DNA from: an uncultured Acidobacteriota bacterium
Lineage (GTDB): Bacteria; Acidobacteriota; JAQAZP01
Assembly: GCA_963836075.1 (NCBI GenBank)
Contig: CAWIIB010000009.1
Span: 480,001 to 544,000, forward strand
Length of the DNA stretch: 64,000 nucleotides
Direction of reading: 5' to 3'
How positions within the stretch are numbered: position 1 is the stretch's first letter; the number at the start of each line of letters is the position of its first letter. Shown piece by piece: positions 1 through 11,792 of the stretch. The translations under genes were made by a program, and so were the position numbers. The notes beneath the pieces are model-generated. The model was not told where the DNA came from. It was given only the letters and a program-made list of their open reading frames with translations, and searched no databases.

Positions 1-3000
1 GGTAAAGCCACTGACCATCGGCGAACTCTGGGCCGTTCCCCAGCTGTTGCGCACCGCTCTGCTCGAGCAGATTCAGCAGTTGAGCCGCCGAGCCCTTTCA
101 GAACTGCGTGAAGGTGAGATCGCCGATTTTTGGGCCAACCGGCTCATCGCCGCCAAACGCCGGGATCCCAACCAGTTCTTTTCGATCCTGGCAGAACTGA
201 CCGAGAACCAACCCAGCCCGAGCCCCTGTTTCGCGGCACAACTGATAGACTACCTCTACGATGAAGAGGCCACACTGGCCCCGGTGCTGGCCTGGCTGGA
301 GCACACACTCCACAAATCCCCGAACGAACTCGGCGTGTTCGAGAAAAACCGCCAGACCAAGGATCAAATATCGATTGGGAATGCTTTTAACAGTCTGCGC
401 CATCTCGCCCTGCTCGATTGGAAGGAGTGCTTCGAGAAGCTGAGCCGAGTGGAACAAACGCTGCGGCAGGATCCCGCCGGTATCTATCCCCGGATGGATT
501 TTGCCACGCGCGACCGATATCGGCGAGCGATTGAGGACCTCCACCGCGGGTCCGGTCGGTCCGAGATCCAGGTCGCCAGGCATCACCCTCGAGATGGCCG
601 CTCAGGCTGGACGCGATCCCGGTCGGGATGAGCAGGCAACTCACGTTGGATCCTATCTAATTGGCGAAAACAGAAAAGCCCTGGTTCACCGCATCAAGGG
701 TCATGAGACGATCCGTTTCCGTGCCATGCACTGGGCCTATCGTCATCACTCGGCGGTATATTTCACCGGGCTGGGCTTTATCTCCGCCGCATTCATTTTC
801 CTGGTCCTTTGGCTTGGCTTGCTTTCCCATGCCCCCGGAATACAGATGATCATCGTCGCCCTTCTGCTCGTCCCGGTGAGCCAGCTTGCACTGGAGGGGG
901 TGAACTACCTGGTGCTGCGGCTCTTGCCGCCGCGTACCCTTCCGAAGATGGATTTCCGGGCCTCGGGGATTCCCGACGCCTGCCGGACGCTGGTCGTCAT
1001 ACCGATGATGCTGGTGGATCAGGAGACGATAAAAGCCGAGGCGGAAAAACTGGAGATCCGATTATCTGGCCAACAAAGAGGAGAATCTGCTTTTTGGCCT
1101 GTATTCGGATTACAAGGATGCGGCCCAGGCCCGCTGTGAAACTGACGCGCCCCTGCTCGAAGACATCACGCAACGCATCGAGGACCTCAATCGACGTTAT
1201 GGCGGCGCACGGTTCTTTCTCTTCCACCGGGAGCGGAAATGGAGCGAATCAGAGCAGCGGTTTATCGGTTGGGAGCGCAAACGGGGGAAGCTGGAAGAAC
1301 TCAACAGCCTGATCGATGGTACGCGGCCTGACGCCGCCGATCCCCTGGTTTACGTCGGCGACCCGGACCAGTTGTCCAACGTCAGGTTCGTCATCACCCT
1401 GGACAGCGACACTCAACTGCCGCACGATTCCGCCCGCCGAATGATCGAGACGCTGGCCCACCCCTTGAACCGGGTACGCTTCGATGACGCCGGCCGGGTC
1501 CAGTCCGGTTATACCATCATCCAGCCGCGGGTGAGTCCTTCCCTGCCCAGCGCGAGCGGCTCCCCGTTCAGCCGGCTCTTCTCCAATCCCATCGGCATCG
1601 ACCCCTATACCAGTGCGGTTTCCGACGTCTACCAGGATCTGACCGGGGCAGGTTCTTATCACGGCAAGGGCATCTATGAGGTGCGTGCCTTCAGCCGAGT
1701 GCTGTCCGGCCGGTTTCCCGAGGCGCTGCTGCTGAGCCATGACTTGATCGAAGGCGCTCACGTCCGCGTGGGCCTGGCCAGCGACATCGAGCTTTTCGAT
1801 GAGTTCCCACAGGATTACCTGAGTTATATCAAGCGGGAGCACCGCTGGATTCGCGGTGATTGGCAGATCGCGGATTGGGTCATGCCGCGGGTTCCGAGCC
1901 CCGGCGGCGGACGAAGCGCCAACCCGCTCTCCCTGTTCGACCGCTGGAAGATCCTTGACAATCTGCGGCGCAGCTTGCTGCCGGCGGCCAGCCTGGCGCT
2001 GCTGATCGTCTGCTGGTTGACTTCCGCCCGGGCCGGGTGGGTCGCCACCGTGCTGGTCGTCACCCAACTGTTCTTCCACTCCCTGGTTCAGCCGTTCACC
2101 TGGGCAACAAGTGGTCGGACCATCAGGGGCGTCTCCATCACCCGCGAAGCCCATGATCTGCTGCGGGTGCTGGTTGAGGCGGCCCTGCTTCCATACCAGG
2201 CCTGGACAGGTCTGGACGCCGTGGTCCGGGTCTTCTATCGAAAGCACATCTCGCATCGGAGGCTGTTGGAGTGGACTTCGGCCCAGGTGACCCATGGCGG
2301 CGCCCAGCTCAAAGTACCCATGTTTCTGCTTTCAATGGTCCTGGCGAGCCTGTTCAGTGTGATTGTCGGATGCATGGTTTACTGGTTTCGACCGGCAAAT
2401 TTTTGGCTGGCCGGTCCCTGGCTGTTGCTCTGGTTCCTTTCCCCGATGATCGGCTGGCTCCTCGACCGGCGGCCGGAAGTGAAGCAGCCTCAATCCCTGC
2501 TGCTGGCCGAAGACCGGCAATTCCTGGGGACGGTCGCTCGGCGGACCTGGCGTTTTTTCTCGGACTTCGTGACACAGGAAACCTCCTGGTTGCCACCCGA
2601 CAACTACCAGGTTGCCTATCAGGACCGGCTGGCCATGCGGACCAGTCCGACCAACATCGGCCTCTACCTGGCCAGCGTGCTCAGTGCCCATGATTTTGGT
2701 TATGTAACCCTTGATGAGGTCATAGGCAAACTTACACTGACCATGAATACGATTGACAAGCTGGAACGCCACGAGGGCCACCTGCTCAATTGGTACGATC
2801 ATTCAGACCCTGGCGCCCCTGAATCCGCGCTACGTTTCAACCGTGGACAGCGGTAATCTGCTGGGGGCCTTGTGGGCGCTGGACCCGGGGCTGGAAGCGC
2901 TGATCCGGGCGCCGCTCTTGGACGGGAAAGCCTTTTCCGGGCTGCGCGACACCGGCGAAGTGCTGCGACAGGTTATCCGGGACAAGACGGACCATGGTGT

Positions 3001-6000
3001 TTCCACCCGGCCCCTGGACGAACTGCTGCGCCCCAGTGGGAATCCCGCCGGACGGGATAACCGACATGCTCGGCCGGCTGCGCCAGGGGGGGGATCACCT
3101 GCGGGAACTGGCCGCACGTGCCGATGCCAACAGTGGCTGAAGGGCAAGGCGCAGCCGACTGGATCGGACAGATGGCGAGCCAGATCGCGGCCTGGCAAGG
3201 CCTCGCCGATCGCTACCTCACCTGGGTCGAGATCCTGGCGGAGAAGACAGTGGAGGAGATCGCCGTGCTGGCCCCGGACTCCCGATCGGCTTTTCTCCAG
3301 GCTACCCGGCAGGCTCCTTCGCTTGTGGACCTGGCCCGCGGCGACCTTGCCTGCATCGTGTCGCTCCGGGCCATCCGGGAAGAAGCGCCGGAAAATGCGG
3401 CGGCTCTCCGGGACTGGATTGATCGCGTCCTGGAAGCCTTCAACACGTCGAAATGGTTGGCCGGTGAGATGCTGGACCAGGTCGAGCAGCTCCGGCAACG
3501 GATGCGCGAGTTCTCTGCCTCGATTGACATGGGCTTCCTCTACAACCCCGAACGCCGGCTCTTCTCCATCGGTTTCAATGTTTCGGAAGGACGACTGGAT
3601 CATGCCTTCTATGATTTGCTGGCCAGCGAAGCGCGGTTGGGCAGTTTTGTCGCCATCGCCCGGGGAGACATTCCTGCCGAGCATTGGTTTGCCATGGGCC
3701 GGCCTTACGGCGCCATCGGCCGGCGCCGGGCGCTGCTCAGCTGGACCGGGACGATGTTCGAATATCTGATGCCGCTGCTTTTCCAGCGCTCGTACGGGAA
3801 CTCGCTGCTGGATAAATCCGCCAGGGAGGCCGTGGCGATCCAGATCGCCTATGGCCGCAAGCACGGGGTGCCGTGGGGGATTTCGGAGTGCGCTTTCGCG
3901 GACCTGGATCATGAAAAAACGTATCAATACCAGGCCTTTGGCGTGCCGGAACTCGGTCTGAAACGGGGCCTGGCGGACAAGATCGTCGTCGCGCCATACG
4001 CCACCCTGCTGGCGGTGGGCATCGCGCCGCGAGAATCATTGCGCAACCTGAAACGTTTGGCCGAAATGGGATTGCTGAACGACTATGGGTATTTCGAAGC
4101 TCTGGACTACAGCCAGCAACCAAGCCGCGGGGGTCGAACGGGGGGTGATCGTGCGGACCTACATGGCGCACCACCAGGGCATGAGTTTTCTCGCGCTGAC
4201 CAATTTCCTTCATGATAATTCCCTGCAGCGTCATTTCCGGTCCGACCCCCGCGTGCGCGCAGTTGAACCGTTGCTTCATGAGCGTATTCCGAACCTTCCC
4301 CCGCTGCACCACGTCTCCACGCGTGAGCGGGTCTCATCAGTGGGGGGCCTCGGCGAAGTCACGCCATCGGTCAGCCAGTTCGAAGACACCCCATACCGCT
4401 ACCCCGAAGACCCAATTGCTGAACAATGGCCGCTATGGCCTGATGCTGACCAACGCCGGCGGCGGCTATAGCTGCTGGGGAGACTTCGAGATCACGCGTT
4501 GGCGATCGGATCGGACCCGGGATTCATGGGGGACCTTCTGTTACATCCACGAGGCCGGTTCGGACAGGTTGTGGTGTAACACCTATCAGCCGACCGGTGG
4601 TCCGGTTGAGGGATATCTGACCAACTTCACGCTCGACCGGGCCGTGTTCCGGCGCGTCGACCATGGCATCGAGTGTGAAACCGAGGTTGTCGTCGCACCG
4701 GAAGATGATGTCGAGATCCGGCGGATGACGCTGATCAACCGTTCCCCGCGCACGCCGCCGGCTCGAACTGACGAGTTACGTTGAACTCGCGCTGGCGCCG
4801 CACAAGGCGGATCGACAGCATCCGGCGTTCAACAAGCTGTTCATCCAGACCGAGGCGCTGCCGGAACAGCGAGCGCTCCTGGCCCACCGACGGCCTCGCA
4901 GCGGAAACGAACAGCCGATCCACGTCGCCCACCGCTTTACGCTGGCGCAGGCCCCGGAGGAGGACGTGCGCTTCGAATCCGACCGGCGCCGTTTCATCGG
5001 ACGTGGCCGCACACTCGCCCGGCCGATGGGGGCCCTGCAGGAACCCGGCAACAGCCAGGGATTCGTCCTCGACCCCATCCTGAGCCTGCGCCAGGACTTG
5101 ACTCTGGAGCCCGGCGAACGGGTTGAGGCTTCCCTGGTGCTGGCCGCCGGCGAAACCAGGGAGCAGGTCATCGGTTTGATGAACAATTACGGCGATCCCC
5201 GAGCGATCGACCTGGCCATGGATTCAGCCTGGGCCTCGGCCCAGCTGGAGCTTCGCCTGCTGCGGATTCAGCCTGACGACGCGCGCCGTTTCCAGCAACT
5301 GGCCGGTCATCTCTTGTATCCCAACCCACTGCTGCGCTCGGCCTCGGAGCACATCGCGGAAAACCGCAAGGGGCAGGCCGGCTTGTGGGCCTATGGCATC
5401 TCGGGTGATCTGCCCATCGTCCTGGTCTCCATCAGCGAAAAAAGTGATCTTGCCCTGGTCCGCCAGATGCTCCAGGCGCACACCTACTGGCGTACGCACG
5501 GGCTAATGACCGACCTGGTGATCTTGAACGAGGAGGCCGGCGGTTATGAGCAGCCCCTGAAAGATCAGCTGGAACACCTGATCCATGCCCCTTCGGCCGC
5601 CAGCGGCGGAAGACCTTGCGGCGGGGTCTTCCTGCTCAGTGCGGACCTTGTCCCTGCCGAAGACCTGACGCTTTTGCGAGCGGTGGCAAGTGTGGTTATG
5701 GTGGCGGCCCGCGGAGCTTTGCCTCAGCAGTTGAGCAGACCGCCAGAAGTGTCGGATTTCCCAAAGCCCCTGGTCGGGACACACGATCTCCAGGATCCTT
5801 CGGCCGTGCTCCCCTTCCTCGAGCTCGCCTACTTCAACAGCCTTGGCGGGTTCACCCCGGATGGCCGCGAATACGCCATTTATCTCGGGCCGGATGTGAA
5901 CACCCCCGCGCCCTGGGCCAACGTTATCGCCAGCCCGTGCTTCGGCACGCTGATCAGCGAAACCGGAGCCGGATTCACCTGGCAGGGCAACAGCCAGCGC

Positions 6001-8235
6001 AACCGGCTGACATCGTGGTCCAATGACCCGGTGCTGGACCCTTCTTCGGAAGCAATCTATATCCGGGATGAGGAAACCGGGATCTATTGGACGCCAACCG
6101 CATCGCCGATCCGGGAGGAGCTCGCCTACCGGGTCAGGCATGGCGCGGGCTACACGGTCTTCGAGCACAACAGCCATGGCCTCGAGCAGGAGTTGACGGT
6201 TTTCGTTCCCCTGGACGATCAGGGAGGCGAACCGATCAAACTGCAGCGGCTGTTTCTCCGCAACGACTCCTCCCGACCGCGCTCGCTGGCGGTGACGTAT
6301 TACGTGGAGTGGACCCTTGGGGAGTCGCGGGAGTCTTCCCAGATGCACGTGGTGACCGACTGGGATGATGAAGTCCAGGCGGTGATCGCCCGCAACGCCT
6401 ACCAGCCTGACTATGAGGATCACGTGGCTTTTGCGGCATTGAGCGCGCCGACAGAGAGCTACACCGGTGACCGTACCGCCTTTATTGGGCGCAACCGCTC
6501 AATGGTCAACCCGCTGGCCATGGAGCGAGTCAGCCTGTCAGGACGGACGGGAGCGGGCTTTGATCCGTGCGCAGGGTTACAAGCCACGATCAACCTGGCT
6601 CCGGGCGAACGTGCTGAAATCTGCTGCATGCTCGGCCAGGCCCGCTCGCTGAAACAGGTCCATGACCTGGTGCTGGCCTATCGCGAGGATCAGGCGCCGG
6701 AGACCGCGCTCCGGGAGACCCAGGCGTGGTGGGATCATCGGCTCGGTTCGATCCGCGTCCAGACCCCCGAACTTGCCACGGACTTCCTGGTCAACCGCTG
6801 GCTGCCCTATCAAAACCTGGCCTGCCGTATCTGGGGGCGTTCGGCCTTTTACCAGTCCGGTGGCGCCTTTGGTTTCCGAGATCAACTGCAGGACGTGATG
6901 GCGCTGCTCTACGCCGACCCAGCCCTGGCGCGAGAACACATCCTGCTCGCGGCCAGTCGGCAGTTCGAGGAGGGCGATGTGCAGCACTGGTGGCATCCCC
7001 CGCGCGGCGAAGGAATCCGCTCGCGGATCTCCGATGATCTCCTCTGGCTGCCCTTCACCGTCGCGCAATACCTGAGGGTTACCGCCGATGTGGACATCCT
7101 GAGCGAATCGGTCCCCTTTCTCGACGCACCAACCCTTGATGACGATGAGCACGAGAGCTATCAATCACCGGAGGTTTCGTCGGAACGGGCTTCCCTCTTT
7201 GAGCACTGCCAACGCGCAGTTTTGCGCAGCCAGAGCTACGGCGTCAATGGGCTGCCCCTGATGGGAACCGGGGACTGGAACGACGGGATGAACCTTGTCG
7301 GCGCCGGGGGCAAGGGAGAGAGCGTTTGGCTGGGGTGGTTTCTGGCTGATGTGCTGCAGGGGATGGCGGAGATGTCCGAAGGCTTGAACCGTCCGGACTT
7401 GCGCCAGGCCTATGAGCAAGATCGAAAATCGCTGATCAGTCGAGTGGAGCAGGCCGCGTGGGATGGAGAGTGGTATCTTCGCGCAACATTTGACGATGGT
7501 TCACCACTGGGCTCCCGCTCGAATATCGAAGCGCGGATCGATTCTCTGCCCCAATCCTGGGCCTGGTTGAGCGGCGGGGCCAAGCCGGATCGAGCCGCTC
7601 AAGCCCTCGAATCTGCGTGGCACCATCTCGTCCGCGAGGATCTGGGACTGGTGCTGCTTTTTGACCCTCCGTTTGACCGGGCGGATCCATCACCGGGGTA
7701 CATCATGGGATACCCGCCGGGGGTGCGGGAGAACGGAGGCCAGTACACCCACGCGGCTGTATGGCTGGCAATGGCCATGGCGAAGAGTAGTGATGGTGAC
7801 CGGGCAGTGAAAATCCTGCGCCTGCTCAACCCGATCGAGCACGCCCGCGATTCGGAAACGGTCTGGCGTTACGGGGTCGAGCCGTATGTGGTCGCCGCCG
7901 ATGTCTACGGACTGTCCGGGTGGGTCGGTCACGGCGGCTGGTCCTGGTATACCGGTTCGGCGGCGTGGATGTACCGCGCCTGGGTGGAAGACATTCTGGG
8001 GCTGAAAGTGCGCGGGGAATTCATGGAGCTCGACCCGGTCATCCCCGGATGGTGGGATGGCTTTCAGATCAGCTTCCGCCATGGTGATGCGATTTATGAA
8101 ATCCAGGTCGAGAACACGGAACACCGCGGGCAGGGCGTCGCCTCGGTGGAACTGGATGGCCAACGTGTCCCCAATGGCGTGATCCCGCTGCAACGCGAGC
8201 TGGTCAAGCACAGAGTCCTCGTCCGCATGGGGTAA
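1..8235 (+). CDS. ndvB: Cyclic beta-1,2-glucan synthase (Cgs/NdvB/ChvB), 5'-truncated by window edge, split by several apparent indels
   Basis: Consecutive ORF pieces give GT84 motifs (GWERKRGKLEE, ITLDSDT, GSYHGKGIY, LLSHDLIEG, REHRWIRGDWQ), TM helices, the central cyclisation domain (PPDNYQ, TSPTNIG, YDLLASEAR, SWTGTMFEYLMP, PWGISE) and a C-terminal GH94 phosphorylase domain (YQSGGAFGFRDQLQD, GDWNDGMN, RENGGQYTH). Frame changes near 580, 1060, 2800, 3040-3120, 4115, 4385 and 4760. Confidence 0.93.
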
Positions 8236-8304
8236 CCGGTTGGTCCTGGCCAGGAAAATAAAGGACAGGTTCGCAACAGGTAACACCCGGGGAGCCAGCA
8301 TACG

Positions 8305-8341
8305 AAAAGCAGAATCTCTCGCACGGCAGGTTCTGCTTTTT
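8305..8341 (+). terminator. Probable intrinsic terminator after cgs
   Basis: AAAAGCAGAA..TTCTGCTTTTT inverted repeat 70 nt after the stop codon. Confidence 0.6.
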
Positions 8342-8577
8342 GTGATTCATGTTCCGGAAGAGAGATGGACCCTAAAACCCGGACAGTGTGCTAAGGTAAC
8401 TCCAGACCCTTGAACGGAGGGAATGGAGCGATGATCAGGTGATCAGTGACCAGGAGCTTGATGAGGCCCGGTCTTATCTTCTCGGCCCTGACGCCTGATT
8501 TGAAGGCTCGGCCCCTCGGCAGGGGATTATTATCCACCAGTCACCGCTCGGCAGCGGTCATAGTGCGAGGCAGATCA

Positions 8578-10206
8578 ATGGACCAGGCAAGGAAGCTGAT
8601 CAAGGATTCGGCGGCAATGCGTTGGCTGGTGATGCTGATGCTCAGCGGCATCACATTCGGGACCTACTGGTTCCAGGATTTCTATTCCGGCCTGAAGCCA
8701 CTGATGGAGAGCCAGCTGGGAATCACCTCTTCGCAGTTCGGGATGCTGATCAGCATGACCACCATCGCCAACGTGTTCGGGATGATCATCGTCGGGGGGA
8801 TCATTCTCGACCGCTGGGGCATTCGGGTCACCGGGATCGTCTTCGGCGCCACAGCGGCCTTCGGCGGCCTGCTCAACGCCCTGGGCGCCGGCAGCCTGAT
8901 CACCGATAACCCGGATACCCGCCTGATGATCATGATCATTGGCCGGGTCTTCTTCGGCATCGGCCTGGAAGTGGCCTGCGTGGTGGTGCTGCGAACGCTG
9001 GTCAAGTGGTTCAGGGGCTATGAGCTGGCCCTGGCCATGGCGCTCAATGTGGGCTTCGGCCGGCTGGGCTCCACAATCGGCACGGCCCTCTCACCGGACA
9101 TCGCCAACAACAACGTGTCCACCGCGGTGAGCTTCGCCGCCACCCTGATCGGTCTCGGCCTGCTGTTGTTTATCGTTTATACATTCTTCGATATCAAGCT
9201 GGACCGCCAGATGGGCGCGGACGCGGAATCGGGCGAGGACGAAAAATTCCGCATGGAGGACCTGGTCAAACTGATCACCAACCGGTCCTTCATCCTCATC
9301 GCCCTGCTCTGTGTGGCTTTTTACTCCGCGGTGTTCCCCTTCATGCAGTACGCCCCGGACCTCCTGGTGAACAAGTTCGGTTTCTCCCTGAACCTGCCGC
9401 CGGAGGGCCAGTTCGAGGTGCTGGGCAATGCGGCGCTGGGCAACGCGATGATCTTCGTCGTCTTCTTCCTCTTCGCCTTCGCCATCACCCTGGTGCCGAA
9501 GTATATCGAGAACAAGATGGGCAAGCTCGCCTCCCTGGTGGGCATCATCGCATTGTTCGCGATCTTCCTCTTCGCCCTGCGCGATGTCCTCGCTCTCTGG
9601 ATGGTGAACGGTCCCAAGGTCGCTTCCCTGCTTCCACTGGGCACCATCCTTTTCACTCCGATCTTTGGCACCATCGTGGATACCAAGGGCAAGGGCGCCT
9701 CGCTGATGCTGCTGGGCTCGTCACTGGTCATTGTCGCCCACCTGTTCCTCTCCGTGTTCCAGAGTGTGGTGTTGGGTTATGTTGGCCTGCTGGCCCTGGG
9801 CATCGCCTTTTCCCTTGTGCCCGCCGCCATGTGGCCCTCGGTGGCCAAAATTGTGCCCGGCAACCGCCTGGGCACGGCCTATGCCGCCATGTTCACGGTC
9901 CAGAACTGGGGGTTGTTGGCCTTTTTCTGGGGCATCGGCAAAGTGCTGGACCTGGCCAACCAGCCGGTGGTGGCGAAGATCAAGGAAATCCGGGCCGGGC
10001 TGGAAGCCCAGGGGCTCGACGAGTTCGCGATCACCGACCGGATGCAGGAGTTGAAGGCCCTGGGCGAGTTCCCGATCTACAACTACACGGTGCCCATTGC
10101 CATGCTGGCAGGCCTGGGAATGATCTCCATCATCCTGGCTTTTCTCCTGATCCAGGAGGACAAGAAGTCCAACTACGGGCTGAACCTGCCGTCCAACAGC
10201 GAATAA
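8578..10206 (+). CDS. MFS transporter (MFSD1-like)
   Basis: Many TM helices, MFS motif GGIILDRWGIR and IVDTKGK; ATG at 8578 preferred over GTG at 8446. Confidence 0.88.
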   Translation: MDQARKLIKDSAAMRWLVMLMLSGITFGTYWFQDFYSGLKPLMESQLGITSSQFGMLISMTTIANVFGMIIVGGIILDRWGIRVTGIVFGATAAFGGLLNALGAGSLITDNPDTRLMIMIIGRVFFGIGLEVACVVVLRTLVKWFRGYELALAMALNVGFGRLGSTIGTALSPDIANNNVSTAVSFAATLIGLGLLLFIVYTFFDIKLDRQMGADAESGEDEKFRMEDLVKLITNRSFILIALLCVAFYSAVFPFMQYAPDLLVNKFGFSLNLPPEGQFEVLGNAALGNAMIFVVFFLFAFAITLVPKYIENKMGKLASLVGIIALFAIFLFALRDVLALWMVNGPKVASLLPLGTILFTPIFGTIVDTKGKGASLMLLGSSLVIVAHLFLSVFQSVVLGYVGLLALGIAFSLVPAAMWPSVAKIVPGNRLGTAYAAMFTVQNWGLLAFFWGIGKVLDLANQPVVAKIKEIRAGLEAQGLDEFAITDRMQELKALGEFPIYNYTVPIAMLAGLGMISIILAFLLIQEDKKSNYGLNLPSNSE

Positions 10207-10573
10207 AGGCCGGGAGGAAAACGAACCACTCTGAATGACTGAGGCGCCACGTCGATCCTCAGCATCGGTCTCCCTCCGGTTCAGGCGGACGGTGGGTTGA
10301 AGCGAAGAGGCGAAATGAATCGTCTGAAAATCGAACTATCGTTATGATAAAAATATAGTTGCCGGTCAAGTCCATGGCAGGAAGAGGTGCCGATGGCCGA
10401 AATGGGGGAGGAGGCGGTCTTCGGAAAGGCAAAAAAGTTCTACTAGTGAGAACCGAAATGCCTTCACTGATTGAGTGCTTCTTACCTGTTCAGCCCTGGG
10501 CCTCAATGGTCCTAATGCGAATACCTCAAGTAATTTAGTGCGCTATCCACCCGCAAGGCGCAGCGGCGAAACC

Positions 10574-10589
10574 CGGTACGAATATTGCT
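10574..10589 (+). promoter_or_regulatory. Sigma-54 (-24/-12) promoter of the PEP-CTERM gene
   Basis: CGGTACGAATATTGCT: GG-N10-GC spacing, ~85 nt upstream of ATG 10675. Confidence 0.65.
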
Positions 10590-10674
10590 TAGACCTTATA
10601 GGTGGAAACGAACTGAAGACGGCTTTTGCAAATAAAGTAAGCAGAATTGAAGCCGAAACCGAGGTGTAGAGAGA

Positions 10675-10965
10675 ATGAAATCGATTCTGATAGTTTTATG
10701 TTGCGTAATGTTGATTTTAGGATTGGGTGTCCTGGCCCAGGCGGATGACGTGGTTGTGAACGGTCAGGGCAGTGGCCACGGCGGCGGTCACGGCGGCGGT
10801 CACGACGGCGGTCACGGCGGCGGCCACGGCGGCGGCCACGGCGGCGGCCACGGCGGCGGTCACGGCGGTAATGCGACTCCTGTTCCGGAACCCGCGACCA
10901 TGTTCACGCTTGGTCTCGGCGCCGCCGGCCTTTACGGTTTAAAAAGAAAATTCAAAAAGGACTAA
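10675..10965 (+). CDS. Small PEP-CTERM (exosortase-sorted) protein with Gly/His repeats
   Basis: Signal peptide (AQA/DD), GGGH-type repeats, VPEPATMFTLGLGAAGLYGLKRKFKK sorting signal. Confidence 0.92.
   Translation: MKSILIVLCCVMLILGLGVLAQADDVVVNGQGSGHGGGHGGGHDGGHGGGHGGGHGGGHGGGHGGNATPVPEPATMFTLGLGAAGLYGLKRKFKKD
10777..10869 (+). repeat. 12-bp tandem repeat CACGGCGGCGGY (about 8 copies)
   Basis: Seen directly; encodes HGGG units. Confidence 0.9.
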
Positions 10966-11021
10966 GCTTCTTTTCTCAAAAACTACGTCGCGAACAGGCG
11001 GAGATGCCCGTGGCGGCAAGG

Positions 11022-11066
11022 AGGCCCGGTGAAGACGTATTGATATACGTCGAGCCGGGTCTTTTT
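11022..11066 (+). terminator. Hairpin plus T-run after PEP-CTERM gene
   Basis: GGCCCGG-GACGTAT..ATACGTC-CCGGGTC followed by TTTTT. Confidence 0.55.
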
Positions 11067-11192
11067 CGTGTTGCGAGAGTTGCCTGCAATTAGAACAACC
11101 TTGCTTAGAACTGCTTGAACAGGGTGACGGCTGTCATTTTATCCCCGCTGTTTTCCTATTGAACTCCATACCCCAAACCCCCAAAAAAACTC

Positions 11193-11248
11193 TTGACATC
11201 AGAATGCAAGGCGGCTATCTTCTAGGGCGCTATTAAGTAGGCACCTAC
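11193..11248 (+). promoter_or_regulatory. Sigma-70 promoter and candidate MarR operator
   Basis: TTGACA (11193)-17 nt-TATCTT (11216); palindrome GTAGG-CA-CCTAC at 11237-11248 just downstream of the predicted transcription start. Confidence 0.65.
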
Positions 11249-11267
11249 AGACATTGAGGTGGTGGCC

Positions 11268-11792
11268 ATGACCGAGCCGGAACGGGAATTCTTCGAGGAC
11301 TACAAGAAGCTCTTCCCCGATATGGACATGGAGATGATCAGCGTGTTCGCCCGGACCATGCTGATCTTTCACCATCTTCCAATCCTGATGGAGGGGTATT
11401 TCAAGAAGATGGGTCTGACCAGGGGCCGCTTCATGGTCCTGGTCCAGCTCTACCGCGTCCAGAAAGAAGGGCTGTCCATCTCCGAGATCTGCAATTTCCA
11501 CAAGGTCCGTTCGGCAACCATGACCGGGATCATCGATACCCTGGAACGGGAGGGGCAGATCGAGCGGGTGCCGGACCCTTCCGACCGGCGGAAGGTGATC
11601 GTGCGGATCACCAGGGCCGGCCGGGAACTGATGGAAGGTTTTCTGCCGAAGCACCAGGAGAACGTCGGTCTGATGCTTTCCAGGCTCACCATGAAGGAAC
11701 GCCGGACCCTGCTGGACCTGCTGGAGAAACTGCACCAGGGTATTTACAGTTTCGTCGATGACGACCACGCGGAAACGGAAGGCGAAGAATGA
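11268..11792 (+). CDS. MarR family transcriptional regulator
   Basis: wHTH with TMTGIIDTLEREGQIER..DRRKVIVRIT; heads the efflux operon. Confidence 0.93.
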   Translation: MTEPEREFFEDYKKLFPDMDMEMISVFARTMLIFHHLPILMEGYFKKMGLTRGRFMVLVQLYRVQKEGLSISEICNFHKVRSATMTGIIDTLEREGQIERVPDPSDRRKVIVRITRAGRELMEGFLPKHQENVGLMLSRLTMKERRTLLDLLEKLHQGIYSFVDDDHAETEGEE

